Part shown: in pieces, positions 48,985 through 58,979 of the stretch
Numbering within the stretch: position 1 is the stretch's first letter
Layout: every line of letters begins with the position of its first letter
NCBI GenBank assembly: GCA_965662235.1
Contig: CBFIGY010000013.1
Location: forward strand, 1 to 64,000
Length of the DNA: 64,000 bases
Origin: an uncultured bacterium
Lineage (GTDB): Bacteria; SAR324; NAC60-12
Direction: 5' to 3'
Made by a program: the position numbers and the translations under genes
Notes under the pieces: model-generated
Told to the model about the DNA's origin: nothing
Seen by the model: the letters and a program-made list of their open reading frames with translations, nothing else
Database searches by the model: none

Positions 48985-51188
48985 GACGCCTCCTGATTTT
49001 TGGAGCCCCCCGCCTTTTGCGTCAGCGTGAGGACGTCCAAGATGAGGGCGATGCCACCATCGCCCAAAATCGTTGCCCCGGAGATGCCGACCACGTTCTT
49101 GTACAGCGATCCGAGGTTCTTGATCACCGTCTGGTGCTCTCCCACCACGTAGTCGACAACAAAGCCAATGGGCGCCCCTTCGTCAATGATCACCACCTGC
49201 TGAATCGCAGGAGGGGTTCCGGAGACATCAAACATCTCACGGATGTAGAGGTAGGGGACGAGGTCGTCCCGAACCTGCATGACCTGACCACGGGTGCTGT
49301 TTTCAATCTCTGTGGTCCGGAGCTCCACCACCTCGTCCACAGAGGAGAGGGGGATGATGAAGCTCTCGTCGCCGACCCGTACCAGCATGCCTTCAATGAT
49401 GGCCAGGGTCAGGGGGAGACGGAACGACAGCTTGGTGCCGGCGCCCATTGTGCTGGAAAGGCTCACGTGTCCGCCGAGGGACTCGATGTTGCGCTTGACG
49501 ACGTCCATGCCCACCCCTCTTCCGGAGAGGCTGCTGACGGACTTGGCGGTTGAGAAGCCCGGCATGAAGATCAGCTCATGCAGCTCCTGCTCAGTCAGCT
49601 CAACATCCGGACGGATGAGGCCCCGTTCAATGGCTTTTTTCTTGATGACCTCGGCGTCCAGCCCCCCACCGTCATCACTCACCTCAATGACCACCTTGGC
49701 CCCCACGTGTCGGGCGCTGAGGTGAATGTGCCCCTGCCGAGGCTTACCCTTCGCTTGGCGGGCTTCTGGATCCTCAATGCCGTGTCCCATGCTGTTGCGG
49801 ATGATGTGGACCAGCGGATCATTGAGCTGCTCAATCACGGACTTGTCCAGCTCCGTGTCTTCTCCCTCCGTCGTCAGCCGAACCTCCTTCCCCAGCTCCG
49901 AGGAGAGGTCTCGGATGAGGCGCTTGAAGCGGCCAAACAGGGTTCCGATGGGGAGCATGCGGATGCCCATGGTCGTGTCCCGCAGATCAGCGGTGAGGCG
50001 CTCCACCTCTTCCGAGAGCAGCAGCAGCTCCGAATCGCTGCGGTGCTTGACGGTCTGGCTCAGACGGGCCTGCACGGTCACCAATTCTCCCACCAGGTCC
50101 ACCAGCGTGTTGAGCTTCCAGAAGGGCACCCGGATGGTGGAGGTGTTGGCCTGCTCCCGGGTCCGCTCCTGCTCCCGTCGGTGCTCCTGCTCCCGGTTGC
50201 GGAAAAGCTGCTGCTCGTTGAGGGCCGAGACAATGTGTCCTTCATCCACCCCTTGCTCCAGCAGGATCTCACCGATGCGGCGCTCATCGTCTTCCTCAAT
50301 CTCCCGGATCTTCAGATCACAGTCGTCTTCCACAAACATGAAGACGTCCCGGACGGCATTGATGCCCCGGTCGGTCCGGAGGAGGATCTCCCAGTACACC
50401 CGGCACTCCTCGGGGTTGAACTGATCAAGGGGGAGGATCTTTTCGGTTTGGGCCACCACGTTGCCTTCGCCCAGCTCCAGCAGCTCCCGTAGGAGCAAAA
50501 GCGGGTTGGTGCCCCCCTTGAAGAGCTGAGGCTCCGGCTTGAAGCTGATGCGGTAGGTCTGGTTGGCCTTTTCTTCATCTGGACTTTCGGCGTCCAGGTG
50601 TGGCTGGGGCGCTTGCGGTAGGTCTTCAAAGAACCCGTAGCCCAGGTCTTCTTCGGCAGAGGCCGGTTCTGGTTCTGGGGCGGCCACCGGTTCTGGTGCA
50701 GCGGCAGATTCAGAGGCTTCCACAGGAGCCGGAGTCGCCACCGGCTCGGCCACAGGAGCTGGCTTCGGAGCCGCAGAGGCCGGGACGTCATCGTCAACGC
50801 CCTGAGCGAGAAAGTCCCGAAGGCGCTGAATCAAGCCACTCAGAGCCCCCGAGTCACTTTCCTGTCCCCCTTCCACTTCCTCCAGCATGCGGTTGAGGCG
50901 GTCATGAACCTCCAGCGTCAAGCCGATCAGGTTGTGCGTCACCCGGCGGGTGCCGACCCGGACCTGGTCGAAGATGGTTTCCATCTCATGAGTGAGCGAG
51001 GCGATCTTATCGAACCCGAACATGGAGCCCGACCCCTTGAGGGTGTGCATGACGCGGAAGGTCCGGTTGACCAGTTCCGGATTGTCCGGATCCTCCTCCA
51101 ACTCCAGGAGCAGCTGCTCCAGCTCGTCGTTCAGCTCACGTGCTTCCTCGAGGAAGACGAGCCGTCCTCGTTCAAATGCCGAAGCCAT
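48981..51188 (-). CDS. cheA: Chemotaxis histidine kinase CheA (1)
   Basis: Hpt FRVMHTLKG, LVGELV, DPLVHIIRNS, DDGGG, SGRGVGMDVV, P5 ATILGDG. Confidence 0.97.
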   Translation of the reverse strand: MASAFERGRLVFLEEARELNDELEQLLLELEEDPDNPELVNRTFRVMHTLKGSGSMFGFDKIASLTHEMETIFDQVRVGTRRVTHNLIGLTLEVHDRLNRMLEEVEGGQESDSGALSGLIQRLRDFLAQGVDDDVPASAAPKPAPVAEPVATPAPVEASESAAAPEPVAAPEPEPASAEEDLGYGFFEDLPQAPQPHLDAESPDEEKANQTYRISFKPEPQLFKGGTNPLLLLRELLELGEGNVVAQTEKILPLDQFNPEECRVYWEILLRTDRGINAVRDVFMFVEDDCDLKIREIEEDDERRIGEILLEQGVDEGHIVSALNEQQLFRNREQEHRREQERTREQANTSTIRVPFWKLNTLVDLVGELVTVQARLSQTVKHRSDSELLLLSEEVERLTADLRDTTMGIRMLPIGTLFGRFKRLIRDLSSELGKEVRLTTEGEDTELDKSVIEQLNDPLVHIIRNSMGHGIEDPEARQAKGKPRQGHIHLSARHVGAKVVIEVSDDGGGLDAEVIKKKAIERGLIRPDVELTEQELHELIFMPGFSTAKSVSSLSGRGVGMDVVKRNIESLGGHVSLSSTMGAGTKLSFRLPLTLAIIEGMLVRVGDESFIIPLSSVDEVVELRTTEIENSTRGQVMQVRDDLVPYLYIREMFDVSGTPPAIQQVVIIDEGAPIGFVVDYVVGEHQTVIKNLGSLYKNVVGISGATILGDGGIALILDVLTLTQKAGGSKNQEAS

Positions 51189-51550
51189 TACCCAAGCACT
51201 TTCTTGGTCACCGCGATCAGACGCTGGGGATCAAAGGGTTTGATAATCCATCCGGTGGCGCCGACTTCCTTGGCCTCTTGCTTCTTGGTGGCTTCAGACT
51301 CCGTTGTCAGGACAATCACCGGCACAAACTTGTAGTCAGGGTGCTGCCGCACAGCCTGAATGACTCCAATGCCGTTGAGGTTGGGCATGTGCAGGTCCGT
51401 AATCACCATGTCAATCTGCCCACTCAGCCGGTTGACGGCATCCTGCCCGTCCTCTGCGGCCTCCACGGTATAGCCGGCCTCTTCGAGAGTCAGGCGGACC
51501 ATCTGCCGGACGCTGTTGGAGTCGTCAGCGATGAGGATACGTTTGCTCAT
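51188..51550 (-). CDS. cheY: Chemotaxis response regulator
   Basis: ADDS, TDLHMP, LTTES, GATGWIIKPF. Confidence 0.94.
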   Translation of the reverse strand: MSKRILIADDSNSVRQMVRLTLEEAGYTVEAAEDGQDAVNRLSGQIDMVITDLHMPNLNGIGVIQAVRQHPDYKFVPVIVLTTESEATKKQEAKEVGATGWIIKPFDPQRLIAVTKKVLG

Positions 51551-51603
51551 ATGCTGGTCTCAGTTACTTGATGAAATGCCGCTGATGGACCCGACACGCG
51601 GGA

Positions 51604-52485
51604 TCAGCTGTGCCCCGACGGTGGAGTGAGGGCATGAATGAAAGAAGTGGAATCCAGCAGCACCACCGCGGGCCTGTTGTCCTTCCGGTTGAAAAAAAGC
51701 CCCGGGGTGGGGTTCTGAAACAAGGCCGCCTGCGCCTCCGGAAGCGGTTCCCCGTCTTCCAACGCCAGCCACTCCAGTCCCAACGGGTGCCCCAGCACCT
51801 CCACCTCCTGACCCTCCTGCTGCAGGAGCAGGAGGCTAGGGGGATCGTGAGGACGGGTGGACGTCACCCCAAGCACGTCGTGCAGCACAGGGGCCGAGGC
51901 GTCTGCAGGTGCAGCGGCCACACGACGCACACAGGCGGCTTCTAGGGCAACCGGAGGTTCTGTGGCCAGCCGCAGGGCCAGCACCTCCTGTTGCGGAGGA
52001 CGGGCGTCTGCGTAGTGCGGCACCGTGCGTTGAATTTCCCGAGACTCGGTCTCAAGGGTGAAGAGTTGTTCCACATTGAGCAGCGGCACCGATTGTTCCC
52101 GGTAGCTCAGCATCCGTTGCACCAGCGCGCCCAGCTGCGGGGGAGGGGAGCCCGCCGGTTGCTCGTCGGGCTCTCCCACGCCAATGACCTGTTCCACCAG
52201 CAGCCCCCAGATGAGCCGGTCCTGCTCCACCACCACGACATTCCCATCCAGGTGCTCCTGGGTCAGTCCCAGCTTGCGCGAGGCCATCACAACCGGAAGC
52301 GCCTCGCCCCGGAGGTTCATGACCCCCAGCAGCTCCGGCGGCGCGTTGGGAACCGGTGTCCACGGATTGAGGCGCTGCACCTCCAGCACCGATCGACGGG
52401 GCAGGGCCATCAGCTTGCCGGCGATGCGGAAGAAGAGCATCTTGCGGGCAGTGGTCTTCTCTTCCAGCAGGGTTGCACCCATCAC
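51604..52485 (-). CDS. CheW-like protein with a second degenerate CheW-like domain
   Basis: VPNAPPELLGVMNLRGEALPV in the N-half; divergent C-half. Confidence 0.78.
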   Translation of the reverse strand: MMGATLLEEKTTARKMLFFRIAGKLMALPRRSVLEVQRLNPWTPVPNAPPELLGVMNLRGEALPVVMASRKLGLTQEHLDGNVVVVEQDRLIWGLLVEQVIGVGEPDEQPAGSPPPQLGALVQRMLSYREQSVPLLNVEQLFTLETESREIQRTVPHYADARPPQQEVLALRLATEPPVALEAACVRRVAAAPADASAPVLHDVLGVTSTRPHDPPSLLLLQQEGQEVEVLGHPLGLEWLALEDGEPLPEAQAALFQNPTPGLFFNRKDNRPAVVLLDSTSFIHALTPPSGHS

Positions 52486-53954
52486 GACACCTGATCGCGA
52501 AGTTGTGTGAGCTGCTGCTCCGTGCTCGACAGGCGTTCCGACTCAGAGCGCAGCGACTGCTGGACCTCGCTGAGGCGGTTGCGGTCCTGCCGGACGGACT
52601 CCAGGACGGAGTGGGCATCGGCAAGCACCAGTTCCAGGGTCTCGCGGCAGTAGTTGAGGTTTTCCAACTGGTGCTGCTCCCGGTCAAGGAGGTGCTCCAG
52701 TTCCAAGCTCTGCCCCCGCAGTTCCAGACGGAAGTGCCGAAGCTGCTCCTGAACCTGACCAGCCACCGACGACGCATTGCCCGCCAGCTGACGAGCCTCC
52801 TGGATGAGGTTGAGGACCGCCTGACGCTCCTCGTCATCCAACGTGTCGGCGCTCCCGCTATGAGCAGAAAGCAGTTCCGTCTGCACACACGCCTGTAGCC
52901 ACTCCTCCAGCTCCCCCTCCATGCGCCACGCGTGCTGAATGAGCGCGCCCAGGTCATGCAACAGGGTCCGGAGGTGCTCATGAGACGCCTGAGCCGAGGT
53001 GGCCATGTGGCTGAGGACCACCAAGCTCTGGGTGAGGCGTTTGATCTCATCATCAAGGTGCTTGCGGGTCTGTTCTGTGACCGCTGACATCGACTGAAAC
53101 TCCTGCTCCAGCTCCAGCCCCAGTCCACGGGCCCGGAGGATCAGGTCCCGTTGCCGTCCCAATTCCTGCTGCAGGAGGTGGGTGGTTTCGGTTTCCAGCT
53201 GCTCCGCGTTTTGACTTTCTGGCGCCACCAGTGTGAGCCGTTGTGCTTCCCGGAAACGGTCGAGGGGACGCAGGGCACAGGCTTCTGCCGCCAGTTCCGT
53301 GAAGTGCAGCACCTCCTGCTCCTGCCCCCGGAGCACCCGAGAGGCCCAGGACACTCCGTCTCGGAGCAACAGGACATCGGTCTTGATGCGGATCAGGCCT
53401 TCCGGGTGGTAGAGCGAGGCATGGTCCTCCACCTGACGCAACGTCGTGAAGCGCTCCCGCCAGCCGTTGAGCTGCGAGGCTCCCTGAGTGACCCACTCGG
53501 AAAGGGAAAGCAGCATCTGCTCACTCACAGCAGAGAGGGTGGAGGTGACCTCGGCAATGTGCCCTAGGTTCCGGACACGCTGCTTGCGAGACGTTTCCAG
53601 AGCGGCATTCATGGCCAGAAAGCGAACCTCCCCGTCCAGCCGGGACACGGAGGAGTGAAGGTGCTCCTGCACCTCCTGCCGGATGTCATCCAACGCCTGG
53701 GCGCTTTCTGCCACCTTGGTGTGCAGGGCACTGGAGACCTCCATGGCGGAGTGCAGGGCAGAGAGGTTCTGGGCCAGCTCCTGAGCAAGCCCCCGGAGGC
53801 TGTGGAAGCGGGCACCGGTCTCCAGCAGCTCCTGGCTGCTCTGCCGGACCTGCTCCCGAATCGCTTGGGAGGAGGCTTTGAACTCACGGAGGTCCGCAGT
53901 CAGGGTCGTAAGAGACGTCCCCAGCTGCTCGGCCTGCTGGAGGGACTGAGGCAT
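52482..53954 (-). CDS. Soluble degenerate MCP-like coiled-coil protein
   Basis: VRFLAMNAALETSR resembles the MCP tip [14 protein letters not shown]; otherwise coiled coil; translationally coupled to neighbours. Confidence 0.62.
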   Translation of the reverse strand: MPQSLQQAEQLGTSLTTLTADLREFKASSQAIREQVRQSSQELLETGARFHSLRGLAQELAQNLSALHSAMEVSSALHTKVAESAQALDDIRQEVQEHLHSSVSRLDGEVRFLAMNAALETSRKQRVRNLGHIAEVTSTLSAVSEQMLLSLSEWVTQGASQLNGWRERFTTLRQVEDHASLYHPEGLIRIKTDVLLLRDGVSWASRVLRGQEQEVLHFTELAAEACALRPLDRFREAQRLTLVAPESQNAEQLETETTHLLQQELGRQRDLILRARGLGLELEQEFQSMSAVTEQTRKHLDDEIKRLTQSLVVLSHMATSAQASHEHLRTLLHDLGALIQHAWRMEGELEEWLQACVQTELLSAHSGSADTLDDEERQAVLNLIQEARQLAGNASSVAGQVQEQLRHFRLELRGQSLELEHLLDREQHQLENLNYCRETLELVLADAHSVLESVRQDRNRLSEVQQSLRSESERLSSTEQQLTQLRDQVS

Positions 53955-54307
53955 TACGCTGCTCCACTCGATTTGAAGTCCCAGATGGCCTGGTCTTCAG
54001 TTTCATGAATCTTGATGAACCGGGAGAACCCGCAAATGTCGAGGATCTCGTGCACCTGCTCTCCCACCTGCACCAGCGCAAAGCCACGGCCCTGGGCCTT
54101 GAGCTGCTTGTAGCAGTCGGCCACCAGGCCAATGCCACTGGAGGTGATGTAGTTCAGCTCACTGCAGTCGAGGATCAGGCCGGTGCTCTCGGCATCCTCC
54201 AGGAAGGTGTTCAGCTCCTCCCGGGTTTCCCGGGAGGCTTCGAGCCCCAGCTGTTCCCCCAGGGTCACAACGTGCACAGAGTCAACGGTTCGGTGTTTCA
54301 ACGGCAT
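53954..54307 (-). CDS. STAS anti-sigma-factor antagonist
   Basis: LILDCSELNYITSSGIGL, ILDICGF. Confidence 0.9.
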   Translation of the reverse strand: MPLKHRTVDSVHVVTLGEQLGLEASRETREELNTFLEDAESTGLILDCSELNYITSSGIGLVADCYKQLKAQGRGFALVQVGEQVHEILDICGFSRFIKIHETEDQAIWDFKSSGAA

Positions 54308-54320
54308 CAGGCGGTCTCGG

Positions 54321-56480
54321 TTAAAGTAACAGGCTCAGGTCTTCACCCGTGAGGACCAGTAAGGGGGCTCCCGTGCCCATAACGATGCACCCTTCAAAGC
54401 CTCCCTCTGCCAGGAAGGGGTGCAGGAAGGGACGGATGACGCCCTGTGTGAACTTGAGGATCCGGTCAGCATGGAAGGCCACCTGCTGCCGACGGGAATC
54501 TTCGAGCACCAGGATCACCCCCGTCTGAGGCACCGGAGGCGCCGATCCCAGACCCAATCGGGCCTGCAGGTCCAGGTAGTGGCAGGTGATGCCCCGGTGC
54601 TTGAACACCCCCTGCTCTGGAACCGTGGGGTGCAGCGACAGGTCCACAATCTCCCGGATGACGTCGTAGCGGATGGCCACGGTTCGGCCGGCCAGTTCCA
54701 CCACCAGCACCTTGCGGGACTGCAGTCCCAGCCGGAGGGGGCAGAACAGGGTGATCTCAGATCCCTTGCCCAGCTCAGAGGTAATGCGCACGTCACCACC
54801 ATGGTGCCGGATGGTGCTGGCCACCACATCCATGCCAACTCCCCGTCCTGACACGTTGGTTACCTTCTCCGCCATGGAGAATCCAGGCGCCATCAGCAGC
54901 TCAAACGCCTCCTCATCGGTGTACTCCGTGTTGGGCTGCGCCAGTCCACGCTCCAGGGCCTTGCTCAGCACCCGCTGAACGTCAATGCCGTTTCCGTCAT
55001 CAGAGACCGTGAGGCGCAGCATCTCCGGCTCCAGCCGAGCTGCCACCCGCAGGTTCCCCACTTCTGACTTGCCCCGCTGCTTACGGACGTCCGGGGTTTC
55101 AATGCCATGGTCAAGGGAGTTCCGGATCAGGTGCACAAACGGGTCACCCAGCAGATCAATGACCGAGCGGTCCACCTCCAGGTGCTCCCCGCGGAGCTCC
55201 AGGGAAACCCGCTTCCCGAGGTCCCGCTCCAGCTGCCGAAGCATCCGGGGCAGGCGGTCAAACAGTTCACTCAGGCGAGAGGCCCGCAGCTGCTGCAACG
55301 ACTCCTGCAGGCCACCAAACCGCTGCTGCACCCGCTGCACCGCGCCTCGCATCTCCATCGACATCCGAGGGTCCAGGCTCTGACGCGTCTCCTGTTCCAA
55401 GGCGTCCAGGTGGTTCAACTCCGTCACCACCTCTTCAGCATGGCGGGTGAACTCATTGAGGTCGTCCATGCTGATGCGCATCATCTCCCGACGCGTGGCC
55501 TGTGCCTCGTTGGTGGCCGCAGGAGCGCTCGGTGCTGCCGGGGTCCGAGCCGAGCCAATCCCGAGCATCTCCAGAGCAAACTCGCTGGCGTCATGAGACC
55601 GGACGTTGCACTTGCGTTCCAGGCCCTCCACCCAAAACTGTTTCCAGAACTGCTCCACCATGTCCGGAACCAGACGGGCCAAGGCGCTGAGCGAATCCCA
55701 GTCCAGCACCGGCTCCGGAGCATCCGGGTAGAGCAGCTTGTCCATCTGGAGCACCAGCGGCTCGTAGCGTTCAATGCCATCCGGAGGCAGCCCGGCTCCT
55801 GCAGCAATCAGCTCCTCCAGTCCAATCAGCACCTCCCGGACTGCGGGGGTGATGTCCTCGCCCTCCGACGTAAGCACCGACTCCAGCAGCACGCTCCGGA
55901 CGACCACATCCACCTCCAGGGACTGCTTCTTGGTGAAGTACGTTTCCAGCGTGTCTAGGGCATCCAGCACCTCCTGAGGCGGAGGCGCCGCGGCGCTGCG
56001 GGCCCGTCCCGACTCGGCCTGTTCCACCAGGTTCCGGAGGCGGTCGGCCAGGGGCTCCACCTTCTCCTCCGAAGGCTCTTCCTTGTTGAGGTTCTGGAGG
56101 AAGCGCTCAAAGCGGTCATCCAGCTTCATCTCCTGCTGCCGCATGCGCTCCAGCGCATCCTGAAGCAGGTCCACGCCCTCCAGCACCCGAGACTGTTCAC
56201 TGTCCCGTAGCGCCCGGCTCTGGCCCTTGAGCTGCTGCAGGTAGCTTTCAAAGACGTGCGCAAAGGACTGCAGGGCCATGAGGTCGAAGAAACCAGCGGT
56301 TCCCTTGACGGTGTGGACCCAGCGGAAGATCGCCGCCAGGGTCTCAATCGGCTGTTCCTCGAGTCGCTCCAGATCCTCCTGAATCAGCTCCAGACCATTG
56401 AGGGATTCCTCCACAAAGGCCTGAATGATCTCCGGATCAAAGAAGGATGCGCTGATGTCGGCAGAGACGGTTTCGGTCAT
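54321..56480 (-). CDS. cheA: Chemotaxis histidine kinase CheA (2), divergent
   Basis: IFRWVHTVKG, DPFVHLIRNSLDHG, DDGNG, SGRGVGMDVV; ATG at 56480. Confidence 0.92.
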   Translation of the reverse strand: MTETVSADISASFFDPEIIQAFVEESLNGLELIQEDLERLEEQPIETLAAIFRWVHTVKGTAGFFDLMALQSFAHVFESYLQQLKGQSRALRDSEQSRVLEGVDLLQDALERMRQQEMKLDDRFERFLQNLNKEEPSEEKVEPLADRLRNLVEQAESGRARSAAAPPPQEVLDALDTLETYFTKKQSLEVDVVVRSVLLESVLTSEGEDITPAVREVLIGLEELIAAGAGLPPDGIERYEPLVLQMDKLLYPDAPEPVLDWDSLSALARLVPDMVEQFWKQFWVEGLERKCNVRSHDASEFALEMLGIGSARTPAAPSAPAATNEAQATRREMMRISMDDLNEFTRHAEEVVTELNHLDALEQETRQSLDPRMSMEMRGAVQRVQQRFGGLQESLQQLRASRLSELFDRLPRMLRQLERDLGKRVSLELRGEHLEVDRSVIDLLGDPFVHLIRNSLDHGIETPDVRKQRGKSEVGNLRVAARLEPEMLRLTVSDDGNGIDVQRVLSKALERGLAQPNTEYTDEEAFELLMAPGFSMAEKVTNVSGRGVGMDVVASTIRHHGGDVRITSELGKGSEITLFCPLRLGLQSRKVLVVELAGRTVAIRYDVIREIVDLSLHPTVPEQGVFKHRGITCHYLDLQARLGLGSAPPVPQTGVILVLEDSRRQQVAFHADRILKFTQGVIRPFLHPFLAEGGFEGCIVMGTGAPLLVLTGEDLSLLL

Positions 56481-56899
56481 GTGCTCCCCTTTTGCACCTC
56501 CCGAGCTAGTTGGAGCCAGTAGTTCCGGCGTCGGAGCATGGTCTGGATGGCCTGCCCAAAGGGCTCCCAGTCCAGTGGAAAGAAAAACAGGTAGTCCGCG
56601 CCCTGTCGGTTGCTCCGGGCCACCGCCTCCAGGTCCCGCTCCCGGGCCAGGAAGATGAGGCTGGTGGAAGGCGCCAGCTGCCGCGCCCGCTTCTTCCACT
56701 CGAAGCCATCGAAGCTGCTGCTGTTGATCTCAATGATCAGCAGGTGGCAGGGGTTGCGGCTGAGGAAGCTCATGAAGCCCTTGGGCGTGTGGTGGTAGAT
56801 CACCTCAAAGTCCTGCTTGAAGAAGGACTTCAGCTCCTCATTGGTCTCGGTTTCGGCCAGGGTGGCCACCACAAACGAGGGTTGAGGGGCGTCACTCAT
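56477..56899 (-). CDS. Pseudo-receiver domain protein
   Basis: Receiver-like pattern with LLIIEIN (Asp->Glu) and GADYLFFFP (no Lys). Confidence 0.65.
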   Translation of the reverse strand: MSDAPQPSFVVATLAETETNEELKSFFKQDFEVIYHHTPKGFMSFLSRNPCHLLIIEINSSSFDGFEWKKRARQLAPSTSLIFLARERDLEAVARSNRQGADYLFFFPLDWEPFGQAIQTMLRRRNYWLQLAREVQKGST

Positions 56900-57777
56900 G
56901 CGTCCTCCCATCGCTTGGTCATGGTGATGCGGTTGCCGCTGTCGCTCCAGTCCACCGAACTCATGATGCCCTTGATGAGCAGCAGCCCCCGCCCATGCGT
57001 CTGGGTCGGACTGGCGTTGACGTCACCGCGGTAGGCAGAGGGGTCAAATCCGGGGCCTTCATCTTCCAAGGAGACCCGAAGCATCTCAGCATCCATGTCC
57101 ACCTGAATCCGGACCTGCCGGTCCTTGTAGTCAGGATCCTCTGAGCGGGTTCCCACCATGGCTTCAAACCGTTCCCACGACTGGTCCTTGAGGGAGGACG
57201 GGAGTTCCAGGTTCCCGTGGATGATGGAGTTCGTGAGCGACTCCTGCAGGCAGAGGTCAATGAGGTGCACCGGGACCTGGTTGCTTTCACAGAGGGGACG
57301 GTAGAGGGACCGGAGCGTCTGCACCGTGGCGGCAATCAGGTCCGGACGACTGGGCACCAGCAGGCGCAGCTTGAGGTTGCTGACGGCCAACAGCTCCGTC
57401 TGGCGGCTGCTTTCCTGCTGCCGCACCTGCAGGCGCTCCAACGCTGACTGGAGGACATGGAAGGCAAAGGGCTTGAGGATCAGGTCCACGGCGCCGAGCT
57501 TCAGGGCTTCCACAGAAGTCTGCACGTCACCGTGCCCGGTGATGAGCAGCGTCGGAGTGTTCATGCGCGACCGGACCATGCGTCGCAGCAGCTCCATGCC
57601 GTCCATGACGGGCATGCGGATGTCTGAAAGCACGGCGTCAAAAGGAGGCCCAGCTTTCAGCAGCGCCAGGGCTTCTTCGCCATTGCCTGCAGACGCCACT
57701 TCATAATCGGCATCCTCCAGCAACTCTACCAATGAGTCCCGCCATCCGGGCTCATCGTCCACCACCAGCAGTCTCAT
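56896..57777 (-). CDS. REC - anti-sigma Ser kinase (HATPase_c_2, RsbW-like)
   Basis: VVDDE, SDIRMP, KP; ESLTNSIIHGN, DEGPGFD, HGRGLLLI, GNRITM. Confidence 0.9.
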   Translation of the reverse strand: MRLLVVDDEPGWRDSLVELLEDADYEVASAGNGEEALALLKAGPPFDAVLSDIRMPVMDGMELLRRMVRSRMNTPTLLITGHGDVQTSVEALKLGAVDLILKPFAFHVLQSALERLQVRQQESSRQTELLAVSNLKLRLLVPSRPDLIAATVQTLRSLYRPLCESNQVPVHLIDLCLQESLTNSIIHGNLELPSSLKDQSWERFEAMVGTRSEDPDYKDRQVRIQVDMDAEMLRVSLEDEGPGFDPSAYRGDVNASPTQTHGRGLLLIKGIMSSVDWSDSGNRITMTKRWEDA

Positions 57778-58976
57778 GAGACCCTCTCCTCCTGAGTCGC
57801 ATGCACCTCAATGCCCATCAAGGTTGCATCGTCATCAAAGCGGTCCTTCCCCGCAAAGTTCAGCACCGACTGCATGATCTTTTGAGTCATGTTTGAAAGG
57901 TTCTCCTCCCGGAGGCTAGAGAGGGTCTTGCGCAAACGGGGCTCCCCAAACAGCTCGGAGCTGCGGCTCTTGCCCCAGGCCGGATTGGTCTCCAGCAGCG
58001 CATCCGTGTAGATCAGCACCCGGTCCCCGGGACTCAGCTGCACCTTTCCCTCGCCATACTGCACGAGGTCACTGGGCAGCACCCCCAGCACCACTCCATC
58101 GGTGGAGAGGCTGGTGATCTCCTCGGTCCCCTGACGGATCAGGTACGCCGGAGGATGCCCCGCACAGGTGTAGGTCAATTCCTGCGACTGCTCATCAAAG
58201 ATCATGTAAAAGAGGCTCGCGAAGCGTCCCGGAGGCATGTAGTCATTGAGGGTGTCGTTGATCCGGGAAATCGCTTCCTGTGTGGAACTAAGCCCGCCTC
58301 CCACCTGCCGGAAGGTGAGGCGCAGCATCATGGCAATCATCGAAGCCGACAAGCCGTGCCCGGTGACATCCGCCACCACCATGCCAATGAGGTGATCGTT
58401 GAGGCGCAGAACGTCATAGAAGTCTCCACCCACCTCATCCATGGGAATGAACTCCGTCTGAATCTGCAGGCAGGTAGAAACATCTAGGCTATGTGGAAGC
58501 AGAAGCTCCTGAGCCACCCGGGCCTGTTCCAGGTCGTAGCGACTCTGCTTCTGCAACGAAATCAGGTGCTCATTGAGCATCTCCACCATCTCTAGGTGCC
58601 CGTTCATCCGCCGGTTTTCCTGCAGCAGGGAGTGGTGCTCCAAGAAGAGCGCAATCAGTTCATCAGCAAACTGCTCCGGATGCTCCTGCAGCAGCGAGGT
58701 CTGCAACAGCCCCGGCTGACTTCCCTCCGAGAGGGCACCAATCGCAACCGCCAGTGTTTCCGGGAACTTTTGCTGAAAACGCTGCAGCTCCTCCGCGTTG
58801 GTTCCAATGATCAGCGTCGGAGAAGCCCCTCCTGGACGAAGTGCCCCCAGGGCCTGTTCCACCTCCTGATAGAGTTCAACCGTGAAGCACCGGCCCAGGT
58901 GACGCTCCAGCGTCGCCAGTTCGGGAGTGGAGCCAAGGAGGAGGATCAGGTTGGGTTTGATGGTCTGTGGACTCAT
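57774..58976 (-). CDS. PP2C/SpoIIE phosphatase (RsbU-like) with a decayed receiver-like N-terminus
   Basis: ARVAQELLLP, VGGDFYD, ADVTGHG, AGHPP, YTDALLE, DDDAT. Confidence 0.92.
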   Translation of the reverse strand: MSPQTIKPNLILLLGSTPELATLERHLGRCFTVELYQEVEQALGALRPGGASPTLIIGTNAEELQRFQQKFPETLAVAIGALSEGSQPGLLQTSLLQEHPEQFADELIALFLEHHSLLQENRRMNGHLEMVEMLNEHLISLQKQSRYDLEQARVAQELLLPHSLDVSTCLQIQTEFIPMDEVGGDFYDVLRLNDHLIGMVVADVTGHGLSASMIAMMLRLTFRQVGGGLSSTQEAISRINDTLNDYMPPGRFASLFYMIFDEQSQELTYTCAGHPPAYLIRQGTEEITSLSTDGVVLGVLPSDLVQYGEGKVQLSPGDRVLIYTDALLETNPAWGKSRSSELFGEPRLRKTLSSLREENLSNMTQKIMQSVLNFAGKDRFDDDATLMGIEVHATQEERVS

Positions 58977-58979
58977 GAG

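Noticed and set aside
50650..50790. Pro/Ala/Glu-rich quasi-repeats in cheA
   Set aside because: Ordinary low-complexity interdomain linker.
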